Shown: piece by piece, positions 9,487 to 20,453 of the stretch
Position numbering within the stretch: position 1 is the stretch's first letter
How the letters are laid out: each line of letters begins with the position of its first letter
NCBI GenBank assembly: GCA_963662335.2
Contig: CAXXVD010000002.1
Coordinates: forward strand, 192,001 to 256,000
Length of the DNA: 64,000 nt
Direction: 5' to 3'
Origin: Chloroflexota bacterium
GTDB taxonomy: Bacteria > Chloroflexota > UBA11872 > VXOZ01
Position numbers and translations under genes: made by a program
Notes under the pieces: model-generated
What the model was told of the DNA's origin: nothing
Database searches by the model: none
The model's input: only the letters and a program-made list of their open reading frames with translations

Positions 9487-10926
9487 ATGCTCGATAGCAC
9501 GTTGTCTCGACGTCGCCTACTCGCAGGTTCGGCCATGCTGGGGGCGTCGTCCATAGTCTTTGCCGCCTGCGGCGCCGGCGGAGCGCCGGCGGACTCGGCG
9601 GCGGAGCCGGAAGCCGCTGAGCCGGAACAGAAGGAAGCGGCACAGCCGCAGGAAGCCGAGAGCGTCAACATCGTCGCCTTTCTCAAGGTTCCCACGGAAC
9701 TTGAGACCGACTTCATGCAGAACATGGCCGAGCCGTATATCGCCGAGAACGAGGGCGTGAGCGTCGAGCTCGTCTCCCAGGTCGGCGGCACCGCGGACCG
9801 TGTGGCCAAGATCAAGACCATGCAGGCCGGCGGCATTCCGCCGGACATCTCCGAGTTCCCCCGCCGCGCGTTTGCGCAGGTGATGCAGGACCTCGCCCAG
9901 AACATGGACGACCTGGTCAAGGCCCGCGGCCTGGACCTGAGCGTCTACAATCCCAATCTCCTCGAGCGCGACGCCATGTTCCAGGGGCAGGTCTACCTGC
10001 TGCCCATGGGCCACGGCGGCAACGCCCATGTGGTTATGATCAACCCCAACTACTTTGAGGCGGCGGGGCTTGACTATCCGTCAGCAGACGTGGCGAATTC
10101 CTGGACCTGGGACGAGTGGCTGGACGTGATGGTCAAGCTGCGCAAGTTCGAGGGCGACCAGGTGAGCCAGTGGGCGATGGGCAACCACGCGCACGACTGG
10201 TGCTCCTGGCAACTGCTCTGGGGCGATGAGTGTAGCTGGGTTTCGCAGGACCTGACCACGGCCACCTGTGACTCCGAGGCCATGATCGACTGCTACACGA
10301 GTTTCTTCGACCTGATCCACAAGCACAAGGTGATTCCGCCGCAGGCCGACCGCAACAACACCTACTTCGGCGGCCAGAATCCCTTCCTGAGCGGTCAGGT
10401 GCCCTTGATGATCTCGGCCCCGCGCAGTCTGCCCCTCACCTACGCCGACAAGGCGCTGGAGCAGGGCGTGGACTTCGTGATGGCGCCCATGCCGCGCGTG
10501 GTGCGCTCGACGCCGGACGCCAACCAGCATAAGCTCGGTTTGGTCTACGGCAGCGAGAAGCGCGAAGCGGCGTTCGACTACATGGCCTGGCTGCTGCACG
10601 AAGGCCGCCTCGGCAAGTTCGTGCGCCGGATCCCGGCCTGGATTCCCGAGATCGAGCCGTTCATCAACGAAGCCTTCCAGGGCTACAGCAACCCGCGCAT
10701 TTCCGTTGCGCAGGATGCCCTCGCCACCGCCGTCCCGCAGTGGAACGTCGGCTCCTTGCCCACCAGCGGCCAGGTGACGACCCTGCTGAACGACCTGGGC
10801 GACAAGAAGCTCTGGACCGGTGAGCAGGATGCGGCCACCTTCTTGAAGGAAATCCAGCCCACCATGCAGGCAATCGTGGACGACGGCCTCAAGATCATCC
10901 GCGAGAAGCTCGGCAACTGGCCGTAG
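9487..10926 (+). CDS. ABC-type sugar/solute-binding lipoprotein (Tat signal)
   Basis: SRRRLL, FAAC lipobox, WTWDEW; strong RBS aaggaggt. Confidence 0.85.
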   Translation: MLDSTLSRRRLLAGSAMLGASSIVFAACGAGGAPADSAAEPEAAEPEQKEAAQPQEAESVNIVAFLKVPTELETDFMQNMAEPYIAENEGVSVELVSQVGGTADRVAKIKTMQAGGIPPDISEFPRRAFAQVMQDLAQNMDDLVKARGLDLSVYNPNLLERDAMFQGQVYLLPMGHGGNAHVVMINPNYFEAAGLDYPSADVANSWTWDEWLDVMVKLRKFEGDQVSQWAMGNHAHDWCSWQLLWGDECSWVSQDLTTATCDSEAMIDCYTSFFDLIHKHKVIPPQADRNNTYFGGQNPFLSGQVPLMISAPRSLPLTYADKALEQGVDFVMAPMPRVVRSTPDANQHKLGLVYGSEKREAAFDYMAWLLHEGRLGKFVRRIPAWIPEIEPFINEAFQGYSNPRISVAQDALATAVPQWNVGSLPTSGQVTTLLNDLGDKKLWTGEQDAATFLKEIQPTMQAIVDDGLKIIREKLGNWP

Positions 10927-11071
10927 AGCGACGGCATTTCCCGAGCCGCTGTCTGTAACGTACACGGCAGCGCCTCGTCAGCCTCGCGGGGAACACACGG
11001 TCGCGGACCTTAACCGGTCCGCGACCGTGTACGCGTTAATGGCCGCGCGAACCGGAGCGCGCTTCCGCCGT

Positions 11072-11148
11072 GAGACCTTTGCGTGCCTCCGTCATTCCGG
11101 CGAAAGCCGGAATCCAGAGGCGCATTTACAGCCAAGAATAAAGGTCTC
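11072..11148. mobile_element. Short IS5-derived MITE
   Basis: Ends gagaccttt...aaaggtctc match the IS5 IRs at 40381/41630; interior nearly identical to the reverse complement of 56536-56588. Confidence 0.7.
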
Positions 11149-11241
11149 CTCCGTGCGGCACGCGGTTTTCCTGCGCGCGGGAAACAACGAGACACTGCAA
11201 GCGCGTTGCCATGGCGGCGCGCGCCGCTTCCGCGTGAGCGC

Positions 11242-11520
11242 TTAGGCGAGTTCCAGCCGCTGGGGGCGGCTCTTGGGCACGCGCGCGACTTCGCCGCGGG
11301 CTTCCAAGTCGAGCTTCACCGTGGTCACGTACCAGGAGATCGAACCGGCAAAACTACCCTCCAGCTTCCGCCCCGCCTCCTCTACCAATTCGGTAAACGT
11401 CAACGTGCCGTGCGCTTGCAGCGCCTGCCGGATCGCCGCCCGCACGGTTTCGTACTTCCGCTTGTCGATGTTCACCCCGGCCTTGCCCGCGGGATGCAGC
11501 GTCATGATCTTCTCCGCCAT
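11242..11520 (-). CDS. Small conserved hypothetical protein (DUF6958-like, winged-helix-like)
   Basis: 92 aa with TLHPAGKAGVNIDKRKYE and GSISWYVTTVKLDLEARG; family assignment from memory. Confidence 0.7.
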   Translation of the reverse strand: MAEKIMTLHPAGKAGVNIDKRKYETVRAAIRQALQAHGTLTFTELVEEAGRKLEGSFAGSISWYVTTVKLDLEARGEVARVPKSRPQRLELA

Positions 11521-11770
11521 CGCCCTATCTTAGCTCCTACGTCAAATGAGTATTCGATGCCCGACGCAGTGTCGCCAGCGTCTCCCTTGGCGGCTGCCGC
11601 AAGAGACACACACCCGTGAATCTGGTAGAGTAGAATACAGCATTGTGCTCCTCTTTTTATCACGTTAAGGGCGCGGCGCCGCCCGCCGCGCCGCTGGCGC
11701 AGCCGTTGCCATGGGGCAGTTCCCAATGGTCTGGCGGCGGCGCGCCGTCTAGCGGCGCGAGGAGTCACGA

Positions 11771-13129
11771 GTGAGCGGACCGCAAGCAACCCAACAAGCG
11801 GGCAACCCTCTATCGCGTCGCCAACTTCTCCTTAGCAGCGCCCTGCTGGCCGCCGCATGCAACCGCAGCCAGACGTTCGGCACTGACGGACAGCCGCTTG
11901 TCCTGCGCCTCGTCCACTGGGGCTACGAGACGGACCTGATCCGCCACAATCTGGAACGCTTCGCCACGCAGTACGCCGGCTTGCGCGTGGCGCCCGAGGC
12001 CGTCGACGGGGATTACCGCGACGCCGTCAGCCGCTCGCTCCATGCGGGACAGCCCATCGACGCCGCCTACGTGCGCGAGACGGACCTCGCGGCCTGGGTG
12101 GAAGCCGGTTGGCTCGAGCCGCTCGACGGCTACGGCGGCTTCGACCGGCTGCGCGCGGCCATGGTTCCCCAGGCGGCCGACGGCATCCGCTGCAAAGGGG
12201 AAACCTACGGCTTGCCGTACTTTACGGAGTGCGCGCTTTGGGTCTATGACGAGGCCATACTCCACCAGGCCGGCATCACGCTGCCGCCCCAGACGTGGAA
12301 CGAGGTGACGCAGCAGGCGCTCGAGATCAAGCGGCTCGGCATCGTGGAACACCCAATCCGGCTCACCTACCGCTTTCACACCAGCACCAATATAGACTGG
12401 TGGTCGATGGTCTACGCCCGCGGCGGCAGCTTCTTCGACGAAAACCTGAACCCCGTGTTCCATCTTCCCGGCTCCGCCGCCGAACAGACGCTAGGCTGGC
12501 TCTTGGAGGGCATTCACACCACTGCCATCATCCATCCCAACGTCCTCGACAGCAGCTATGGCGCCGCGCTGCGCAATCCCACCGCGTTTACAATCCAGCC
12601 CGGGTACAACTTTCTCTTCGCAAACCGGCAAGAGGGCGCCGGCGCCCCGGGTTCGCGCCGCGCCGCGCTCTTTCCCGGCAACGATCCCTCGCAGAGCGGC
12701 TCGGTAATGTGGACGCGGCTCTACGCGCTGCCCAGGACGAGCGGCAAGAAAGACGCCGCCTGGGAACTCCTGCGGTACCTGGGAGGGCAGGATCGCGAGG
12801 AGCGCTTCTATACGCCGCTCTTCTGGTTCGTGAACCGCTCGCTGGGCAGCGCGTATGAAGCGCTCTACACGGACCCGCAAGTGCAGTCTCTCGCCGCGGA
12901 GCGCGGCCTCGATCTGCAAGTGTACCTGGAGCAGCGCCGGGTGGCCCGCACGCACGAGGCCCGCGAGGTCCCGTGGTTCAGACAGTGGGAACACTACGCG
13001 CAGCTTGAGGTCCAACGCGCGCTGCTGCGGCAGATTCCGCCGCGCGCGGCGCTGGAACGCATGGCCGAAACCTTCTACGCCCTGCGTCTGGAGTGGAGCA
13101 ACGTGACGAGCGGCGCGTCATCCCAGTAG
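11771..13129 (+). CDS. ABC-type sugar-binding lipoprotein (Tat signal)
   Basis: SRRQLL, AAAC, YGLPY, PPQTWNE, AAWELLRYL. Confidence 0.8.
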   Translation: MSGPQATQQAGNPLSRRQLLLSSALLAAACNRSQTFGTDGQPLVLRLVHWGYETDLIRHNLERFATQYAGLRVAPEAVDGDYRDAVSRSLHAGQPIDAAYVRETDLAAWVEAGWLEPLDGYGGFDRLRAAMVPQAADGIRCKGETYGLPYFTECALWVYDEAILHQAGITLPPQTWNEVTQQALEIKRLGIVEHPIRLTYRFHTSTNIDWWSMVYARGGSFFDENLNPVFHLPGSAAEQTLGWLLEGIHTTAIIHPNVLDSSYGAALRNPTAFTIQPGYNFLFANRQEGAGAPGSRRAALFPGNDPSQSGSVMWTRLYALPRTSGKKDAAWELLRYLGGQDREERFYTPLFWFVNRSLGSAYEALYTDPQVQSLAAERGLDLQVYLEQRRVARTHEAREVPWFRQWEHYAQLEVQRALLRQIPPRAALERMAETFYALRLEWSNVTSGASSQ

Positions 13130-13267
13130 CGCGAGCCTGCCGCGGCCCCGTGCCCTTCCGGATGACGAACCGCGCCAAAAAACAGAAGAGCGCTACGACC
13201 GGATACGTCGTAGCGCTTCAGTGCGCCGCAGGCGGCACAGCGCGTCCGCGATGGCGGAAGCTACCGC

Positions 13268-13534
13268 CTAGCCGCGCAGGCCAAGCTCCGCTATGACCGC
13301 GCGGTACCGCTCCGGATCGCGGCGGTGCAGATAGCGCATAAGCCGCCGCCGCTGCCCCACCAGCTTGAGCAGCCCCATTTCCGAGTGCTTGTCGTTCTTG
13401 TGCTCGCCCATGTGGGTCGAAATCTGCTGGATGCGCTCCGTTAGCAACGCGATCTGCACCGCGGACGAACCGCTGTCGTTCGCCCCCCGGCCAAACTGCG
13501 CTATGATCTCTTGCTTCCGTTCTGTCGTCAGCAC
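13268..13534 (-). CDS. rpsO: 30S ribosomal protein S15
   Basis: DSGSSAVQIALLTERI, KNDKHS, GLLKLVGQRRRLMRYL, LGLR. Confidence 0.97.
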   Translation of the reverse strand: MLTTERKQEIIAQFGRGANDSGSSAVQIALLTERIQQISTHMGEHKNDKHSEMGLLKLVGQRRRLMRYLHRRDPERYRAVIAELGLRG

Positions 13535-13729
13535 GCCGTTTCTACCTCATCCTACTTCCGCGCCCGCAGGCGACAATTCGTACTCCTATATTCGCACGTT
13601 ACGTAGTCCGCGCGCAACTATGCGGGGCGCAGCGTACGGGACACGGGCTCTATGGGTCTTTCTTCTACTGGCGCGCGATCCACTGCCTGCGCCCGTCTAC
13701 GAACAGGCGGCGTATACGTTCCGGAATCG

Positions 13730-14209
13730 CTATTGCTCAATGCTAGGCGCGGGCACATCGCTGGGATCCACGCGAATGCGTACGTCAGGGATAATCTCCT
13801 GCGGCTTGAAAATCACCCGGTAGTGATACTCGCTTACGTCTGCCGCGTCTACTTGCTCCGCGACATAGGTAACGTTATCGGAAAGGCCGAGGAAGTGCTT
13901 CTTGTACGCATTCTCGCCGGTCTTGCACGTCACCTCGAGTTGCCCGCGTGCGCGCCCTCCCGAACCCCAGTCTTCATGGATTGAGCAGCGCCCCTCGATG
14001 ACCAGCATAAAGCTGTCCGTGATGCCATTGTAGAACACGATGCGGCGCTCTATCTCGAAGTTGTCGGCGGCAGTCGAGAGGTTGCGGGATGCGGTGGTAG
14101 CGGCGCTAGAGCATGCCACCAATAGCAAGAGTGCAATCGTCGTTAGCCCTAGTTCCAGCTTTGGCACGCGCCTCTTTCCCTTTCGCTCCGATGACCGTTT
14201 CTCCGCCAC
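13730..14209 (-). CDS. Lipoprotein of a family common in phages (start may be GTG ~14168)
   Basis: LVAC lipobox; NLSTAADNFEIERRIVFYNGITD...VTCKTGENAYKKHFLGLSDNVTY pattern. Confidence 0.75.
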   Translation of the reverse strand: MAEKRSSERKGKRRVPKLELGLTTIALLLLVACSSAATTASRNLSTAADNFEIERRIVFYNGITDSFMLVIEGRCSIHEDWGSGGRARGQLEVTCKTGENAYKKHFLGLSDNVTYVAEQVDAADVSEYHYRVIFKPQEIIPDVRIRVDPSDVPAPSIEQ

Positions 14210-14585
14210 TCTTCGCCCCTATCGTAGCCGATCAGTTTGTCCCTGGACAATGCCACTGCCGACTGTCGGACCAAGGCCGTTGCGGATTGCCTCACTCTTG
14301 AATTGCTCTTCTGTCGAGGATTCCCGTCGCCGCCGGCCTTGATCGGCCTTAGGCCAAACCGCATGTTCCAGGCGGCGGAACGGCGGCGGTCCGCGGCAAG
14401 GCGTTAGCGGTACTCACGGCGCCAGGGAACTACCACTCATGGGGCCGCTGCCCATCGCTTGTTGGTCTCAGGACGCCGCGACGGCGTGCGCGGGCTTTCG
14501 CCAGCGGGGTCTCGCGGGCGTTGCCGAGTCAGTGTAGAGGTTCACCGTCGTCCTGGGCGGACACAATGCACTATAGCTTTTAAGC

Positions 14586-14719
14586 GTTTGACAGCAGGTT
14601 CGTCGGGCGTGATTGCAGGAAGGACGTTAAAGTGGGACGAGGACTGGAAAACGCTGGTGTGAAACCAGGCGGGGGGTTGGAAGGATGCTGCAAGGACTAT
14701 GACGAACCTGCAGCCAAAC
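14586..14719 (-). ncRNA. Candidate ~134-nt structured small RNA (unknown family)
   Basis: 18 of 19 terminal positions pair, including a G-U wobble only on the minus strand; inner stems present; TGcTATACT promoter 7 nt upstream of the 5' end. Confidence 0.6.
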
Positions 14720-14725
14720 AAGAAC

Positions 14726-14734
14726 AGTATAGCA
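14726..14734 (-). promoter_or_regulatory. Extended -10 promoter TGcTATACT driving the candidate sRNA
   Basis: Plus strand agtatagca; predicted +1 at ~14719. Confidence 0.6.
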
Positions 14735-14958
14735 CACCTGCCGCCGGGGCACAATCGCCGGTAGCCGCCAGTGGCGCTCTCGCGGCATGGGTGTACCACC
14801 CGGCGCGCTCTCGCCAACCGCGGGCGAGACCAGCGCATCCCATTGACGCGGCGTGTTTTCGGCACGTAGACTGGGAGTAGAACTCTGCCCGCGCGGCCAC
14901 GCGCAGCAGCCATGCGCGGCCCCGGCGCACAACCCGCGCCTGATAGAGCGACAACGCC

Positions 14959-17595
<2,637 letters not shown>

Positions 17596-17611
17596 CACCA
17601 CCCACTACACA

Positions 17612-18784
17612 ATGGCTACGACAAAGCTGCTAACCGACGACGCGCGCCGCATCGCCCTCTACTGGCTGGCGGAAGCCGTGCCAAACTGTCAGTCCCAAGG
17701 CGTATCGGTCGGGCTGCCGGAGTGGGACGATCGGCTGCGGGTGTGGCGCGTCGCCATCATCGCGGCTGACGCTCCCGACCGTCCTTTGGGTGAGGTGCGC
17801 GTCGACTCGGCCGGCGCTATTTGCTTCAATTCCCCGCCTGAGATAGTCACGCAGCGATTGCGGGAATCCCGGAAATCGAAACGGAAAGCAAACCCCAAGA
17901 AGAGCAGCGCCCCGATTGCCTTTGCCCCCATTCCAAACAAGGTAATTCTGGGTGATTGCCGCACCGTGTTGGATGGGTTTCCGCCGGATAGCGTTCAGCT
18001 TGTCTTTACGTCGCCGCCATACCTCAATGCCAAGCCCGAATACTCGGAATACGTGGATTACCGCTCGTACCTCGACTTCCTTGGGGAAGCATTCGCCGCG
18101 TGCCACAGCGTACTCTCCGAAGGCAGGTTTCTGGTAGTCAACGTTTCGCCCGTGTTGCTGAAGCGAACCTCGCGCAGCACCGCCAGCAAGCGCCTGCCGA
18201 TACCCTTTGACCTGCATCCCATTCTGGACGGCATCGGCTTCGAATTCATCGACGACATCATCTGGCGCAAGCCGGAGGGCGCCGGCTGGCATCTTGGCAG
18301 AGGCAGAAGATTCGCCGCCGACCGGCAGCCATTGCAGTACAAGCCCGTGACGGTCACCGAAAACGTCTTGGTCTACCGCAAGCGGACGTCCCGCCTCATC
18401 GACTGGAACCTGCGCAATCATCCGGACCCGGGCCAGGTAGATCGCTCCCGCATTCTGGGTGAATATGACCGGACGAACGTGTGGGACATCACGCCGGCAA
18501 GCCATGCCGCCCACCCGGCGGTCTTTCCCGATGAGCTTGCGCGGCGCGTCATACGCTACTACTCATTCGAAGGCGACAGCGTCTTGGACCCGTTCGCGGG
18601 CATCGGCACCGTGGGCCGCGCGGCGTCCCAGTTGGCAAGACGATTCGTGCTCATTGAAAAACGCAGCGACTACTTCGAAATCATCAGGCAGGAGTTGGGC
18701 GCAACGTCTATGTTTGGGTCCCAGGCGGATTTTGACGACCTGGAGTACTTCTGGAGCGCGGATCATGGCCCCGGAACTCTATAA
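17612..18784 (+). CDS. N4-cytosine/N6-adenine DNA methyltransferase, beta class (M.CfrBI-like)
   Basis: TSPPY (motif IV) precedes HPAVFP and VLDPFAGIGT (motif I); ~95-aa N-terminal extension. Confidence 0.88.
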   Translation: MATTKLLTDDARRIALYWLAEAVPNCQSQGVSVGLPEWDDRLRVWRVAIIAADAPDRPLGEVRVDSAGAICFNSPPEIVTQRLRESRKSKRKANPKKSSAPIAFAPIPNKVILGDCRTVLDGFPPDSVQLVFTSPPYLNAKPEYSEYVDYRSYLDFLGEAFAACHSVLSEGRFLVVNVSPVLLKRTSRSTASKRLPIPFDLHPILDGIGFEFIDDIIWRKPEGAGWHLGRGRRFAADRQPLQYKPVTVTENVLVYRKRTSRLIDWNLRNHPDPGQVDRSRILGEYDRTNVWDITPASHAAHPAVFPDELARRVIRYYSFEGDSVLDPFAGIGTVGRAASQLARRFVLIEKRSDYFEIIRQELGATSMFGSQADFDDLEYFWSADHGPGTL

Positions 18785-19649
18785 CTTGAACGCGCCGGAG
18801 GGCCTGCGCGCTATTGTCACGGCTCTGTTTTGCGGCTATAACTACCGGCTTTACACCGAAGGCGAGACTCGTCACGTCCTGCTGGAAACCTACAGCGAGT
18901 TGAACGCCATTCGGCAGCGCCTCCCCGCCCACGCCGGCTACGACGAGTGGTTAGAGGCCGTTGCGGACGAACTGGATAAGAACCCGGGTTCTCTGGGGTG
19001 GTGGCTGGTTGGCTTGACGAACAAGACGGCCAACAACCTGGGTTTGCAGCGGAGCGATCGCCTGGACTACCTGGCGGAAGTACTTGCGCACATTCGCTCT
19101 TTCGTTGCGGATTCCGCCGCTCCGCACTCTTTCTCCGATGCCGTAGTCATGCTGTGGGCCGGGGCCGCCACGCTCACCATTCGCGGTTCGCGGAAATCGA
19201 GGCTTGGCAAAATCCTCGAAGGCTCATTCTTGCGCGCCGGCCTTAGCTTGCTGGGACTGCGTGAAGGGGAAGACTTTTGGCTCAATATGCAGCGGGATGC
19301 GGAGGTCCTGCGCGAAGTCGATGCGGAAATCGCCAGCCGCCGCGGGCGCATTAGGGTAGAAGTGGGGCTGATCGAACGCGGGAATCAGGAAGTCATCGAA
19401 GACAAAATCAACCGCGTTGGGCGCGGCGGCATCGTTATATTCGACCAGATCGGCCCCCGCTCCACCATCCACGGCACGGCCGCGGCGCAGCAGGTGTGTC
19501 TCATACAAATCAGAAACAGCCGCCCTCTGTCGGCGCTGCACGATTATCTAGCGGACAAGACAGAGAAAGCCGTCAACGAGCCTCCGGCGGACACGGCAGA
19601 CATTGAAACTGCCGTGAGCGCGTTGCCGGATGCCCTTTTCACAGCATAG
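18765..19649 (+). CDS. Type II restriction endonuclease, CfrBI-like
   Basis: TLTIRGSRKSRLGKILE...REVDAEI...VEVGLIERGNQEVIEDK resembles the CfrBI family; overlaps the MTase end; start reassigned to ATG 18765. Confidence 0.7.
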   Translation: MAPELYNLNAPEGLRAIVTALFCGYNYRLYTEGETRHVLLETYSELNAIRQRLPAHAGYDEWLEAVADELDKNPGSLGWWLVGLTNKTANNLGLQRSDRLDYLAEVLAHIRSFVADSAAPHSFSDAVVMLWAGAATLTIRGSRKSRLGKILEGSFLRAGLSLLGLREGEDFWLNMQRDAEVLREVDAEIASRRGRIRVEVGLIERGNQEVIEDKINRVGRGGIVIFDQIGPRSTIHGTAAAQQVCLIQIRNSRPLSALHDYLADKTEKAVNEPPADTADIETAVSALPDALFTA

Positions 19650-19661
19650 CGAGGGACTTTC

Positions 19662-20453
19662 GTGATCTTCGATGCCCACTGCTATCTCGGCCACAATCCT
19701 ATTTGGGAAGTCCAGGGCTTGCCCGCCACCATGCGGGGCGCGGACATGATTGGCTACATGGAGCGCGGCGGGGTAGCGCGGGCGTTGTGCGCGCCGCCGG
19801 GGGCGGGAACCGGCGACCACTTCGCCGCCGACCACGAGCGCATCGCGCAGGCGATTGCCGATTATCCAAACCGCATCTACGGCTGCGCGCGCGTCAAGCC
19901 CACGCGGGGGGCAATCGCCGTTGACGAAATGCGCCACTGGCTGCAAGAGCGCGGCTTCCGCGCGGTCAAGTTCAACACCGTCGACGCCTCCCTCGGCGGC
20001 ACGGGCACGTACCCGCTCGCCGACCGGGCGCTCATGGGGCCGGTCTTGGAAGCCATCGCGCCGCTTAACGCGCCGGTCATGATCCACACCGGCGAGGAAC
20101 ACGGCCACACCTGCACCCCGGCGCTGGTGGCCGACCTGGCCCTGGACTTCCCCCGCGTCACCTTCATCATGGCCCACGCCGGCGTGCCGGGCTTCCAGCA
20201 CGAGGTCATCCCGTTCATGCGGCGCGCGCCGAATACGGTGGCCGACCTGGCCGGCGTGCTGCGCCCCAGCATCGTGCAGAGCCTGGTGGACGGCGTCGGC
20301 GCCGAGCGCGTCCTCAACGCCACCAACGCCCCCCACATGCCCATCGAGTTCGGCCCCCAACTCATCCAACGCCACTGCCGCAAGCTCACCGCCGCGCAAA
20401 GAGAGCTTATTCTATGGGGGAATGCAATGCGATTGCTGCGCGTGGCTAGGTAG
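19662..20453 (+). CDS. Amidohydrolase_2 family metal-dependent hydrolase
   Basis: DAHCY, GFRAVKF, VMIHTG, IMAHAG, ILWGNA. Confidence 0.82.
   Translation: MIFDAHCYLGHNPIWEVQGLPATMRGADMIGYMERGGVARALCAPPGAGTGDHFAADHERIAQAIADYPNRIYGCARVKPTRGAIAVDEMRHWLQERGFRAVKFNTVDASLGGTGTYPLADRALMGPVLEAIAPLNAPVMIHTGEEHGHTCTPALVADLALDFPRVTFIMAHAGVPGFQHEVIPFMRRAPNTVADLAGVLRPSIVQSLVDGVGAERVLNATNAPHMPIEFGPQLIQRHCRKLTAAQRELILWGNAMRLLRVAR

Noticed and set aside
13535-13725. S15 autoregulatory leader
   Set aside because: Plausible by position, but I cannot support a specific structure.
14210-14950. tmRNA, RNase P RNA, SRP RNA or tRNA
   Set aside because: I could not find their hallmark motifs; no tRNA or rRNA was recognised anywhere in the window.
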